Shown here: positions 12,435 to 25,740 of the stretch, in pieces | Layout of the letters: every line of letters begins with the position of its first letter | Position numbering within the stretch: the first letter of the stretch is position 1 | Assembly: GCF_001194135.2 (NCBI RefSeq) | Contig: NC_068983.1 | Span: 150,456,517 to 150,511,101 of the forward strand | Origin: Octopus bimaculoides | Lineage: Eukaryota | DNA: 54,585 nucleotides | Direction of reading: 5' to 3' | Made by a program: the position numbers and the translations under genes | Notes under the pieces: generated by a model | Told to the model about the DNA's origin: nothing | The model's input: the letters and a program-made list of their open reading frames with translations, nothing else | The model's database searches: none

Positions 12435-12984
12435 CAAATTAGAGGGAGATAGGCAGGAGGAGAAATGTATAAATAGAGATTGAGAAAGAGAGTAGGCAGA
12501 GGGAAAGAAAGAGACTAGGCAGAGAGGTTGGGAGAAGGCACAAGCTTAACTCACGTGTGGTGTACTTTAGCTGACCTAGAAGTTCAGTTAATTACTTATA
12601 CATTTAGAGATTAGGTACAAGTTCAGAACCAATCTGCAAATTAAATACGGTGTTAAAAAAATTATTGGAAATATTAAACATTCCCCATTTCGCACACACA
12701 CAATTATGTTAATTTGTTCTATCATCTTTTTAGATAATATTTATTTTATGCTAGCATGGGTTAGATGAATACATGTTACTAAAGCATTACTTTATAGCTG
12801 AATGACCTTCCTATCATTAACCCCTACCTACTCATAAATAAGGGATTTTTCATTTCACTCACCCTTAAAAGTACAGAGCAAGCAGAATATGTTTTGGCAT
12901 TTCTCTGTCAACATCACTGTTTATAGCTCAACACATCTTGCAAACATTCACACTGAAATATGCTTAGACACACACACACACACA

Positions 12985-14230
12985 GACAGAACTAGACCAG
13001 GTCATGAAAGTTACAAAAAAGGGTTATAGCTCAACTAATTAAGAAAAGAGTTAGACTAGATGAGATGAAGTTTGGTTGTATACCAGGGAAAAGCACTGTT
13101 GATGCTTTCTTTCTAGTGAGGCAACTGCAGGAGACATATTTAGTCAAAAATAAACTCCTGTACTTGGCTCTCTTTGACCTGAAAAGAGCCATCGACCAGG
13201 TCATTGTTTCTGGATCTGGCGGTTGCTACTCATTAAAGTGAGAGTTAATAAAGAATAGAGGAACAAATTTCCTATGCAGGAAGTTCACCAAGGCTTGGTT
13301 ATCTGTCCCCTCTTATTTATCATAGTCCTCTAGGCTATAACAGAGGAGTTTAAGACCGGTTGCCTGTGGCAAATCCTCTATGTTGATGACCTTGTTCTTA
13401 TAGGTGAATCTGTGGTAGAACTAGGAGTGGAAGCAAAATCTGGAATCAAAAGGTCTCACAGTTAACTTAGTAAAGACCTAGTTTTAGTAAGCAGAGAAAT
13501 GCTAACCCTTTCAAGAAAATGGCTGTGTTTGATAAGCAGAAAGTATAGACAGAAATTCCATACAATGTGCTCAGTATAAACTAAGGACTCATATAAAAGG
13601 TGTTGAGGAATTGCAGGAAGATTAAGAGAAAGGGAAGACTTTGTTAGTGGCAGATGCACAAGAGCAGTAAATACTAAGAACTTGCAGGAAATAGATTTTC
13701 TTGAATGCCTAGGTGGTTTGCTCAAGGCTGGAGACAGCTTCTGTTGTCTAAGTGGCAATTGAAGAAGATGTTCTGAGAGTATAATTGCTACAATAAGAAC
13801 TGGCTGGAGAAAGTTCAGAGAGTTATTACCGCTGTTGGTAACAAAAGGCCTGTCTCTCAGAGTAAAAAGTAGATTATACGACTCTTGTGTACAGACAGTA
13901 ATGCTACATGGTAGTGAAAGGTGGACCATGAATGCAGAAGATACACAAAAATTAGAAATGAAGTGGGCATGCTCTACTTGATGTGCAGCAACAATGTGCA
14001 CATCGAACAAACTGCAAATGTGGAGAGAAAAATTAGGAATACAAAGCATTAGATGTAGTGTACAAGTGAGAAGACTGCACTGATATGGTTATTTGATGTG
14101 TATGTATGAAGACAGCTGCATAAAAGTGCTGATTGCTAAATGTGAATGGAACTGGTGGAAAAGGGAGTACTCGGAAGGTGTGGGACAAGGTAGTGAGCCT
14201 CACAGAGAAGACAAAGGGCCAAGATGATAG
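12985..14230 (+). mobile_element. Decayed RTE LINE, RT domain to C-terminus
   Basis: Frameshifted matches to RTE motifs: MKFGCIPGKSTVDAFFLVRQLQE, LYVDDLVL, GWRKFRELLPLL, MLHGSERW. Confidence 0.9.
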
Positions 14231-15636
14231 ATAATTCACTGTGTTTGTGAAGATCCAATCATCTCCTCCAATAATGAGGTCCTAAAAGTATATCATTTAT
14301 GTCTATGTGTCCTTCACTCACTCTGTCCCTTTCAAGCATTCTCTACAATTCATATTCCTAATACTTGTTCTTCTATTACTCTTCTAACAATACTATTTTA
14401 CTCAGCTGTTGTAACTATGAGAGCAGAATATCCTATATTTCCTCCACCTGTGTGGTACTGGTTACCCTGCTTTTTGGAACCACTTCTTTTGTTTGTCACC
14501 CATCTTGTATTGCTAATATCATTCCATACCAATTTATTTTCCACTGTCCTTTTCCTCTGAACACCATCTCATATCATCACTCTCCTCTCACAAGCCTTGT
14601 TTGTCATTCACTATATCTACCACTATATACCTCTGATCTCTGTCTTGGTTTCTGTACATCTGTTTCTCACTCCTATATTTCACAGCATCTCCCTACTTCT
14701 CACATATCTACAGTTTTACTATACTGCAGCTTTCCATCCACCGTTTACACACTGCCACTTATCACTTCCTCCCAGAGCCACTCCTATTTTCCATGACCAT
14801 CTCCCCAAAATGAGAGGCTTTGTGTTGATGCAAGAGACATTATTATTATTCATAATGCAACAGAACTTTAGAAACTGTAGAGTTTTATATGAAATATAGT
14901 GTTACAATGCTAGACTGTAAAGCAGAATATATCTATAGATTTTAGTCCACACTATGTAATAAACATATTTAAACAATTTGTGTTTATATGCAGTATCTTC
15001 ATGGAGAAAAAAATGGGATAAGCAAGATTAGTTCCAATCCTGTGCTGGAATTTCATTATGACCAAGAAACTCTCTTTAAATGTCCATGAAGACACAGCTT
15101 ATAAATCTGTTATTACTAAGGGAGTAATCGGATAGATCAATTTTCATATGTAATGTATTCTTGGAAGTTAGTTTGATTAATAAACTACTGGTGTGTTAAC
15201 TGTTTGGCTAAAATCTATAGATATACTTTGTAGTATACTATAACATTAAAACAAAACACTTAACATACCAGTTATTTACCATCATTTGTTTTGCTCCATT
15301 ATTCCCCCATATTCAAAACCTGCCAGCATTGATTTTCACCCTCCATTCCACCAAAGTCAATAAACCTAAGTGGCAAGTATGTATTTTGCTCAATGCAATT
15401 GAATACACTCTTCAACAAATTCATGACCTTGTGCTAATATGAGAAATCAATTTTGATATTGTTAATACAGCAAACTGCTAAAATCTTGGACTTACAGTAT
15501 TTTATTTATGCTTAGAATTTAAATCCTTACATGGCTGACTTTATTTTCATCTCTCTGGGCTTGATTGAAGAAGCCCTATTAATGTTACGGGATCAATTTG
15601 ATTCATTATACTTTTATATTATTATTTAATAAGTTT

Positions 15637-15855
15637 AAGGTGGCAAGTTGGCAGAATCGTTAGCACGTTGGGCAAAATGCTTAGTGGCATTTTGTCTGTC
15701 TTTACGTTCTGAGTTCAAATTCTGCCAAGGTCGACTTTACCTTTCATCATTTCAGGGTTGATAAAATAAGTACCAGTCGAACACTGGGGTCAATGTAATT
15801 GACTTATCCTCTCCCCGTTCTGGCTGGCCTTGTGCCAAAATTTGAAATCATTATT
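15637..15855 (+). mobile_element. tRNA-derived SINE with Nin/Deu-like core
   Basis: Head aaggtggc...gagttcaaattc, core cctttcatcatttcagggttgataaaataagtaccag, (ATT)-rich flanks. Relatives at about 2930, 3170, 17060(-), 31392, 39720(-), 48730(-), 49385-50310 and 52670(-). Confidence 0.75.
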
Positions 15856-16580
15856 TAACAAGTTTGTATTTAACTTAAAAACTGTCCCGTTATTATCATT
15901 GCTAATACTTATTATACATTACTTACAATTACACCTATCTTGAACATCCAACATTTGAATTCTCAGAATATACCAAATTTGTGACACATCATTTCACTCA
16001 CAAAATATTGAGGTTCAATGAGATGGAAAACTAATCTCACGAACTTTCCTACAGCTGAAACACAACATAAATATTCCTAGTCTTAGTTTGGTTACAGAGG
16101 CTTAAGCTAGCATTGAGAAGAAGAGGCTCTGCTGAGTCAGCCACAGAAATGAGCCTTGTTAGAGCTAGTGTCCACAACAGACATTGGTTGTCTGTGAAAT
16201 TTATGACAGGACTGAGTATCCAATTGCAGAAAATCTAACCCAGAAACCTCAAAAATGATGCAGTCGGAAACACCAATATGTGTCAACAGAGTCAGCACAA
16301 GATGTGCTATAAGTGTACATGTTTTGAAGTGTGTTGTGTGAAACATAGGCAGCAGCTATTTTAAAAATTCAGAGCAGTGTGTAAAAAAATGAAGCATGTA
16401 AAACTGGTGTTTGTGCATGTAATTAGTCTAGATTAGGCCACTGTCTGGTTTAACATCACAACCTAGTCCATGGGTGCCCTGAATGCATTTGCAACAGATC
16501 TCTTTCCCTCAATTTTACCAGCTGATATAGACCTTTAAATGTTTAAAAAAAAATGGAAAAGTGAATTTTATATTTTATCT

Positions 16581-16880
16581 TTTACTTGTTTCAGTCATTT
16601 GGCTGTAGCTATGCTGGAGCAACACCTGAAAGAATTAAAAAAAAAATCTGATACTTATTTTTATTGGTCACGTCTGATGAACTGCTAAGTTAAGGACACA
16701 TAAACAAACTAACACCGGTTGTCAACTTGTGCAGTAGGGGACAAACACAGACACACATGCACATACACGTGCACACACACACGACATTCATCTTTCAGTT
16801 TCTTTCTACTAAATCCACTCACAAGGCTTTGGTTGGCTCAAGGCTATAGTAGAAGACATTTGTCCAAAGTACCACACAGA
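16581..16880 (-). mobile_element. CORE-like SINE, truncated
   Basis: Similar to 46065-46462. Confidence 0.7.
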
Positions 16881-17254
16881 CATACCTGCGTCTGTTCTCG
16901 AAGGAATAAAATAGATATATAAAAAATTATTAGATTAAGATTTCTTTCTAGTAAGTTTTAAACTAGTTTTTTTTTATTGGTTTCAGGCATAGAACTGTAG
17001 CCATGCTAGTGCAGTTTGTTGAAATCATTTTAGTCTATCATATCAGCCCAGTACTTGTAGATTGGTACTTATTTTAATCAAACTTGGAAGAATGATCAAC
17101 TAAGTTAGTCTAGAGAGAATTTAAATTCAGAAGAGAAATCAATGTAACCAAATATCACAAGTTACTTCGCCTGATGCAATTTTGTCAATCTACCACTCAG
17201 TATGCTTTTTATATTTTCATTTTTAAAAACAGGGAAAACAGATTTTGTGTATGG

Positions 17255-18320
17255 AAGGTGCACAGGTACAATAAACACTAAAGATGTACAGAACCGAGTC
17301 AGTAGCTCCGAGAGCATGGGTGCTAGAATAAGAATAGGCTGGGCAAAGTTCAGAGAACTTCTACTTCTGCTGATAACAAAGGGCCCCTCTTTCAGAATGA
17401 ACGGCAGATTGTATGATGCATGGGTGCTAGAATAAGAATAGGCTGGGCAAAGTTCAGAGAGTTCCTATTTCTGCTGATAACAAAGGGCCTCTCCCTCAGA
17501 GTGAAAGGCAGATTGTATGATGACTGCGTGCAAACAGCCATGCTACACGGCAGTGAAACATGGGCTGTGGCTGCCGAGGACATGCATAGGTTTGAAAAAA
17601 ATGAAACTAGTATGCTTCGCTGGATATGCAATGTCAATGTGCATGAAGGACAGAATGTAAGCATCTTGAGAGAAAAGTTGGGCACAAGAGGCATCGGATG
17701 TGGTGTGCAAGAAAGACGACTGTGCTGATATGGTCATGTGATGCGTATAGATGAGAACAACTGTGTAAAAAAGTGCCCATCTCTAACTGTGGTGAGAACG
17801 TGTGGAAGAGGTAGACCCAGGAAGACATGGGATGAGGTTGAGGTGGTGAAGCATGATCTTCAAACGTTGGGCCTCATGGAGGCAATGACAAGTGACCAAG
17901 ACCTCTGGTGATATTCTGTGCTTGAGAAGATTTGTCAAGCCGAGTGAAACCATAGATGCCAGTATCATGTAACAGGCACCTGTGCTGGTGACACATAAAA
18001 AGCAACTGTTGAACGTTGGGCCTCATGGAGGCAATGACAAGTGACTGAAACCTTGGTGATATGCTGTGCTTGAGAAGACTCATCAGGCCAAGTGAAATCG
18101 TAGTTGTGGCTGATGCCAGTGTCATGAAATGGCACCTGTGCAAGTGGCACATAAAAAGCACCCATTACACTCATGGAGTGGTTGGTGCTAGGAAGGGCAT
18201 CCAGCTGTAGAAACCATGCCAAATTAGATTGAAATCTGCTGCAGCTCTCCAGCTCACCAGCTTCAGTCAAACTGTCTAACCCATGCCAGCATAGGAAGCA
18301 GATGCTAAATGATGATGATG
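17255..18320 (+). mobile_element. RTE LINE 3' end with UTR and (GAT)n tail; internal 104-bp tandem duplication
   Basis: Reads MGARIRIGWAKFREFLFLLITKGLSLRVKGRLYDDCVQTAMLHGSETW. 17316-17419 is repeated at 17420-17523. Confidence 0.9.
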
Positions 18321-18779
18321 ACAATTTTTGATCTTATATTTTTGTATATAAGGCACCCGAGCTAGTGATATGTAAAAGGCACCCTTGCCAGTGACACCTA
18401 AAAAGTACACATGCTGGTGACACATAACAAGCACTTGTGCTGGTGCCATGTAAAGGGCACTCATGCTGGTGCCATGTAAAAAACACCTGTGTCAGTGACA
18501 TGCAAAAGGCACCCATGCCAGTAATGCATTAAAAACACCCAGCAGTAGTAACCAACCCAAAACAGATGACTGGAGCCCGGTGCAGCCCTCAGCTTATTAC
18601 CTCCAGTCAAACCATCTAATCCATGCTAACATGGAAAATAGACGTTAAATGATGATGATGATGATGATAAGCATGAAATATCCGCCATTTTTAATGAAAG
18701 GAAATGGAATAGTTTTTAATATTATGCTGTCAACAACAAGCACAAACCTCTTTGCAAGCATCTGGTCAAAAATTTTTTA

Positions 18780-18930
18780 AACTCTGCAGTCAGCAGAATT
18801 ATGGATCAGAAGTTATTGGATAATATCTCCAATATTCAAGTTTTTACTCAGCAGCAGTGCCACTCCCCAGCTCGCACAAATGTTCCAAGTTTGTTATATG
18901 TTGCAGGAAACATCAGTCTAAACTGAACAA
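18780..18930 (-). mobile_element. Possible ancient L1/Tx1-type endonuclease remnant
   Basis: Frameshifted CFLQH and WGVALLLSKNLNI resemble the APE FLQETH and GVAIL motifs. Confidence 0.3.
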
Positions 18931-19210
18931 AAACTGGCAAGTATCCGCAAAACTCATAAGGCAGACTATTCAAACCAAGTAATTTGTCATTCACACAACC
19001 AGTTGCTGCTATCAGTCTTTTGCTATACTTGATGTCCTCTGTTGAATAATAGTAATACTGAAAATTTCTAATCTAGGCATACGGTGACAAAATTTTGGGA
19101 AAGAGAATTGTTACTGGTTTTAACACCAGTATTTGACTGGTATTTTATTTTATTGCCCATGGAAGAATACAAGGCAAAGCTCATTTTGTGGGCTTCAAAG
19201 AACTCAGAAA

Positions 19211-19671
19211 GGATCTATTTCAAAACGGGGGCACCAGTATTTTCTTAACGAAACACTTTGAAACTTGGGACACTGGTAGAATGTGTCATATAAAACATCT
19301 TTTACTCTTAGTCTTCTTAACAAGAAAACGTACATCGCAAGTTATTCCATGTTAAAGTTGTCGTATTTCTGTAATTTCAACCAATCACTGACGTCTATTC
19401 AGCTCAATAAATTTACTGCTGGGCGGTCATAAAAATGTTATTCCCTGTGACATATTTCATCCGGTTTAATCGTAATTTATACGCATATATTGTTTATATA
19501 ATAAATTACGCTGTGCGTATCTATGTGTGTAACAATTTTAGAGTTCGGATTCTAGAGTTAGGGTTAGTTTTAGGGTTAGGGTTAGGGGATTAATACGATA
19601 TACACCGTTACAGCGCTAACTGTTTTCAACTGAATAGATGTCAGTGGGTGCCCCCGTTTTGAAATAGATCC
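19211..19671. mobile_element. Non-autonomous DNA transposon with 25-bp perfect TIR (GGATCTATTTCAAAACGGGGGCACC) and 8-bp TSD
   Basis: TIRs at 19211-19235 and 19647-19671, TSD ctcagaaa on both sides, and internal TTAGGG-like repeats at about 19553-19588. Confidence 0.92.
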
Positions 19672-21499
19672 CTCAGAAATGTAACGGAACATAACAAAAT
19701 GTTGTAAATACAATGAATTCATTGCTGTACTGGCCGATTCTGCCAGGTCACTGTTTAACAACAACAACAACAACCACAGTAATTTTTAAACTCCAATTTT
19801 AGCACTGAAAGATTAAAAGTGGAGAAATTCAATACCTTTTCACAATGGCAATCTTGACATGAAGTAAACAATGTAAAGTCTTAACAGGAAATTGAAACTG
19901 AATCTCATATACATTATAGAGAAATCACTGCACAGAGAGGGGCTTAGTCATTCTTCAGCCATACCATCACCTATCACCATCAATTAACTGGAGGCAAGAA
20001 TGATTTCAGCATCACTAGTCAATAGACTTGCACAGACAAACAGATGTTAATGTGAACAAGATTGTGTATGTGTGATTCATACCAGTATTACTTATTGCTA
20101 TTTGGGAAATGTACATGTGTACAAATATCTATCAGACCATACTCCCCCACCCCCACGCCACACACAATGGACTAGTAGTTAATATGTTGGCTTTATGATC
20201 CTCAGAGCCATAAGTTTGATTCTAGAACCAGGCAGTGTGTTCTATCTTGAGTAAAGCACTTCATTTTCACAGCGTTCCAGTTTACTCAACTGAAATGAAT
20301 AACAGTCGAGTGCTTGTGCAGTGCTTTTGCACTTCATCTGTTCTATCCTGAATGTTGTGTTAGGTCAAGGGTAGGAGGGACAAGGTGGGTGTGGGTGGGG
20401 GGCATCTATCTATGACTGCTCACATCAACACAAGCACCTAAAAGAATCATTGAATGCATAATACATACTGGCAAGTTATATGAGATTTTCATACACACAC
20501 ACACACACACACAATTCATATTGATTCTACTTTCAGTATTGAGTTATTAAGTCTGCCTCTCAGTGAATATTCTGATGTTATTCTCAAACATGCTTTAAAA
20601 TATTGACCCTCAATTGATTATACATGCACACATTTTTATACATACATATACATTTTATAATCATGTAAATACTAGTGATATATTAATATTTGTGCCTTAA
20701 TCTTGGTTGTTATACTTATAATATTTCAGCCACTATACCTTCTATCCTTCTTCAGGTATGCCATATTCGGTAATGTTCTTAAAATTTCAAACTAAACCCC
20801 TTATTAAGCTCACAGGGACAGACAGTTTTCATGCTACTGTCTATATCAGGGATATTATAGTATTAGTTATTCTTATATGTTGCTAGATCATTATATTGAA
20901 CCAGAGTTTATACAGACTGACTTATCCAGGGATCGAATTTAATCCCTGGGTTACTCTGTTTAGAAACTGAAAAGAAACTAAATCTGTCATGAACCTACAA
21001 TATCCTGTGAGGGAGCTTGACAGACAGAAATACCATATGTCAATATCACTCACACACAGAAGGTTGTTTGTTATGACAGATCAGAGAATGATTATTGGTT
21101 TTGCATCTATAAAGCATTTAGCTGTATAGATGACACGTTAGACTCAAATGGCCGGAGGTATGAGAGATATGTGCGTCTCACTGCTTGACAACTGATGTTG
21201 GTTTGTTTACATCCCCCATAATTCAGAGGTTCACCAAAAAGAAACTGATAGAATAAGTACCAGACTTATGAAAATGGTACTTTCAAGCTAGTGTACCCAA
21301 GTATGGCTGAAATCCAATGATTAGCCAGTGTATAATAATGGTAATTCTTCATGTCACTGTCTTGGTTGTTTGAGCATTTCAGTCTCGTAATCACCTGTTG
21401 TAATACTGTGACTGTTTTGGGCCATTTCAACAATTTTCAGAGGGAAGGCCAGTTTACATTGGTTTAGTCGTTTATATATGTGAGGGTTTGTATACTTTT

Positions 21500-21745
21500 A
21501 CTCTTTTACTTGTTTCAGTCATTTGACTATGGCCATCCTGGAGCAAATCGACCCCAGGACACACAAATACATATACGTATATACGATGGGCTTCCTTCGG
21601 TTTCCGTCTAACAAATCCACTCACAAGGCTTTGGTCGGCCCAAGGCTATAATAGAAGACACTTGCCAAAGTGCTACGCAGTGGGACTGAACCCGGAACCA
21701 TGTGGTTGGTAAGCAAGCTACTTACTACACAACCACTCCTGCACC
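21500..21745 (-). mobile_element. CORE-like SINE with internal deletion
   Basis: Head and 3' end match 46065-46462, but the middle is missing. Confidence 0.8.
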
Positions 21746-22094
21746 TATGTTAATGTAATTTATATTCTATTCTGTTTTCTTTGATAATTTTAACTTTTTT
21801 TGTTCATTTCTTTTGGCAAACTGTGTGCTATGACAGTTTTAGAATTAGTTATAAAATAAAACTGTAATAATTAAAAAAAGTCTGTAAAACTTATTTCACT
21901 TTCAAGAATTAAATATATATTTATCTTTCACTTGTTTCAGCCATTGGACTGTGGCCATGCTGGGGCATCGCCTCGAAGGGTCTAGTAAAATCTTTAATTT
22001 TTGATAAAATTTTTTAAATGTTTTTTTTTGAAGGTGGTGCTCCAGCATAGCTGCAGTCAAATGACTGAAACAAGTAAAAGAGTAAATAAACCCA

Positions 22095-22176
22095 TTTCAA
22101 GAAAGTATCAAGCGGGCCGCAAGATAAAAGTCTGTGGGACGCATGCGGCCCGCGGGCCTCAAGTTGGCCAGCCCTG
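22095..22176. mobile_element. Right end of a hAT/Charlie-like MITE
   Basis: gcggcccgcgggcctcaagttggccagccctg terminus. Interior resembles 27563-27706. Confidence 0.6.
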
Positions 22177-22499
22177 GTCAAGTAAAGCAAATCAACCCCT
22201 GACCTTATTTTGTTTTTTAATAGACGTACTATTCTTTAGGTCACTTTGGTTGAACCGCTAAGTCTGGGGGGGGGCGGGGCGTAAACAAACCAGCATCGCC
22301 TGTCACGAGGTAGTCACACACACGCACACGTAAATGACGAGCTTCTTTCAGTTTCTACCTACTAAACCCTCTCACAGGGATTTGAGTCAGCTCGGAGCTA
22401 TCGTAGAACACTTGTCCAAGGTGCCACTGGGACCGAACCTAGAGCCATCTGCTGGGGAACCAAAGTTCTTGCGGTGTAGCCATGTCTGTGCCCATAAAC

Positions 22500-23760
22500 T
22501 CTGGGGATGTTATTTCCACAATGTTATCCATATGCACATCGTGTGAGTGTGTGATTGTGTGTTAGATTATTCAACATTATCAAAGTTTCATATTTATATT
22601 TCCAGCCAACGATGGTATAGAATACCGCTACACCTTTCCATCAATAACCACTAATCACCTTGACAATCCTTCTAAATTCTGTGGAGAAAGGGATTGTCAC
22701 ATGATGATGATGATGACGATGAGTAATATCGGCTGTTAAGTAAATCATATCAGAATGTTTCGTATTGACACATCTTGACTCAGATTTCATATACAGGCAC
22801 AAGTCCTCCGTCTTAACAGGAGTGGTTTTAATAAACATCCTATCCTATACGTAATACGATGTTGTTAATGAGTCCTGCCCAAAGCTATTTCAATCATAAA
22901 TATCCTTCTTTATAGGCGCAATGCACCCAGAACATTTCCTAAATAGCCTTTAAGCATGATTTGATGAGGATTTGACTACTATTTCTAGAGGTCGAGCGGC
23001 TATGTACAGGCTCCCTCGTTAAAGGTTGATATTTGAGTGTCTATCAGAGACCATATGCCTCTGGTATGTTGCAAAGAAATAGTCAGGGGAAAACTGAAAT
23101 TGCTGAAGTCAAAATCACGTGCTCTCGTCAACTTGTATATATATTTTTTTCTTTTAAATAAAGCTGGAGCCTTATTTTCGCAAGCTATGGCGGCAATGGT
23201 GGATGTGCTGAGGCAGCTAATGCGGATTCTGTTAGATTTTGAACACTGACAAACACACGGCATCGAATTAAATATGGGGTAAACTATATAAAACGAGCTT
23301 TCTATCTCCACGTTCTAGACTAGCCACAAACAATGCTATTTAGGCGATCGATAACAGGGGGTATAAAGCTACACACACATAATGATTTAGTTAACACGTA
23401 CACGAAAGAAAGAGAGAGAGGGAGGGAGAGAGAGGGGGGAGAGAGTGTGTGTGCAACATTCAGTAAACAAAACTATAAACAACCCTATTAGAGAAAATAA
23501 ATTAAACCCGAATCGAAGGCAAAGCTAGTGTGAACAGGCCTTATTGCAATAATCGACCTTCCCACTCCAACTTCCTCATCTCCAAAGCAACAAAGGTCCC
23601 AAAGCTGATAAAACAAGGTCGTAGGATGAAGATCGATGGCGAATAACAGAGTAACAGATTGCTTGTGAAGAGGCAAAGGAACGAATGATTTAAAGGGACA
23701 GCTATGGAACCGTTTAGGCAGGGCTGTAGCTAGCTAGCTAGCAAGATAGACAGATGGCAT
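22500..23760. promoter_or_regulatory. CpG-retaining candidate promoter/first-exon region
   Basis: Non-repeat DNA with visibly more CpG than its flanks (not counted), CACGTG at about 23116 and ATGGCG motifs at 23187 and about 23636. Confidence 0.4.
23187..23230 (+). CDS. Possible first coding exon, MAAMVDVLRQLMRI(L)
   Basis: ATGGCGGCA start within the CpG-retaining region. The donor gttaga is moderate. No convincing next exon was found. Confidence 0.25.
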
Positions 23761-24203
23761 GTGCGTGTGTGTGTGTATGTATATGGGTAGGGGATATAAG
23801 AGGAGCGATGTAGTAGTTGGTTAGTCACAGGTTAACACTGGTGGAACAAACCTATGATTAGACTTTCCAAGCGTGACCAACACGTCTATTCAGACATAGC
23901 AATATATCCAGGATTACACTATTCAATCAATGTATGCTGTCAAGCAAGTCGAACGGCCACAGAAGAGGCTCTCTTGTTAATTTGGAATAAACCTAGTTAG
24001 ACTGATAGATAAATAGGGTAGATACAGATACCATATCAGAGATACATAACATAGCCTGAGGGTTATGAAACACTGAGAAATAGATGAGTAAATAATTAGA
24101 TAAAAAGACAATTACTGAAGAGTAGTTTGCATAACTAGATAAAGATAGAAATAATCTATCTATCTATCTATCTATCCATCCATCCATCCATGTACACACA
24201 CAC

Positions 24204-24250
<47 letters not shown>

Positions 24251-24330
24251 NNNNNNNNNNNNNNNNNNNNNNNNNNNNNNNNNNNNNNNNNNNNNNNNNN
24301 NNNNNNNNNNNNNNNNNNNNNNNNNNNNNN

Positions 24331-24590
24331 GGAAAATAACCAAGTTTCAAGAACTCATCGATGAAAATCCACTATCACATATAGAAAAATTAACAATTAA
24401 AAGCACAATAAATGAGTATTATATTATATTTATCTTATGATGTTTACTTTGCTTTATATTATACTCATTTATTGTGCTTTTAATTGTTAATTTTTCTATA
24501 TGTGATAGTGGATTTTTATCGATGAGTTCTTGAAACTTGGTTATTTTCCCTAAAACTATATATTTTATATATATTTTATCTATAAAGCTC
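24331..24590 (-). mobile_element. Penelope-like RT fragment with terminal inversion (89-bp arms)
   Basis: Minus strand reads IDKIYIKYIVLGKITKFQELIDKNPLSHIEKLTIKSTINEY, resembling the xxDKxxYxxK...KFxxL...P region upstream of PLE RT. Arms 24331-24419 and 24461-24549 have 1 mismatch. Confidence 0.45.
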
Positions 24591-24719
24591 AATTTAATTT
24601 TAATTTTTTATAAATTGATTTTAATTGAGTTTTTACCTGTAATTTTATACACACACATACACACACACCAAAACAAAAGCAGATATATTCTATAAAGCTG
24701 CATAAATTGATAGTGCTGT

Positions 24720-24758
<39 letters not shown>

Positions 24759-25304
24759 CAGAAAAAACAAAACAAATGAAACTTTGACTTTCTTCAGAAT
24801 TAGATTTTTCGCCTAAATTTTCATTTAACGATAATTTATGTAAAAACACACACACATACAATTTATACAGAGGGAGAGAGGGACTGTAAAAAAAAATGTG
24901 ACATATAGAAGGGTAGATAGAGTGAATGGAAAGAAATGCTACTTTAGATCACAAATGTAGATGTACAAGATGGTGTGTGCATGTGCACATACAAGTGCAC
25001 CTGCACATGTATGTAATCAACATGTAACATATTTCTAATCAACCATGGAGCTTCTATGTGGTCACTCAAATGAAATGACAGCGAAATTCTCCCTCAAAAT
25101 ACACTGATCTATTTAAAAAAAGGAGGGGCACGGTGCTTGAGAGGATTGGATGGCCACTACACTCTCTGAGTGGTTGGCGTTAGGAAGGGCATCCAGCTGT
25201 AGAAACTCTGCCAAATTAGATTGGAGCCTGGTGTTGCCATCCGGTTTCACCAGTCCTCAGTCAAATCGTCCAACCCATGCTAGCATGGAAAGCGGACGTT
25301 AAAC

Positions 25305-25335
<31 letters not shown>

Positions 25336-25637
25336 GGTGGGATGTCTTTGATCGCAAGTCTTTCAGTCACAGATGATAGAGTTATGTGTGTTCATTTTCA
25401 TGTTCAATCACACAACCACCCATCATTACCATATTATGTTTATTTTTCCATGTTGATATTAGAGTTGGATGTGCTGTCTCAGTCCAAATCAGTTTTGACA
25501 GTCTCAAATGGCTAGATGCACTTCATAACATCAACTACTTCATGTATCTATTGGGTGCACCAGAACTACAGAGGTAGGCATATATATCATCATCATTTAA
25601 CATCTGTCTTCCAAGCTGGGATGGGTTGGACCACCCC

Positions 25638-25685
<48 letters not shown>

Positions 25686-25740
25686 TTATTTGAAGGTTTG
25701 GAGGTGATGTACAGAAATTATATAGAAAAAAATTAATTAA

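Noticed and set aside
19553-19588. Telomere or chromosome-fusion site
   Set aside because: Few imperfect units, located inside a TIR/TSD-bounded element.
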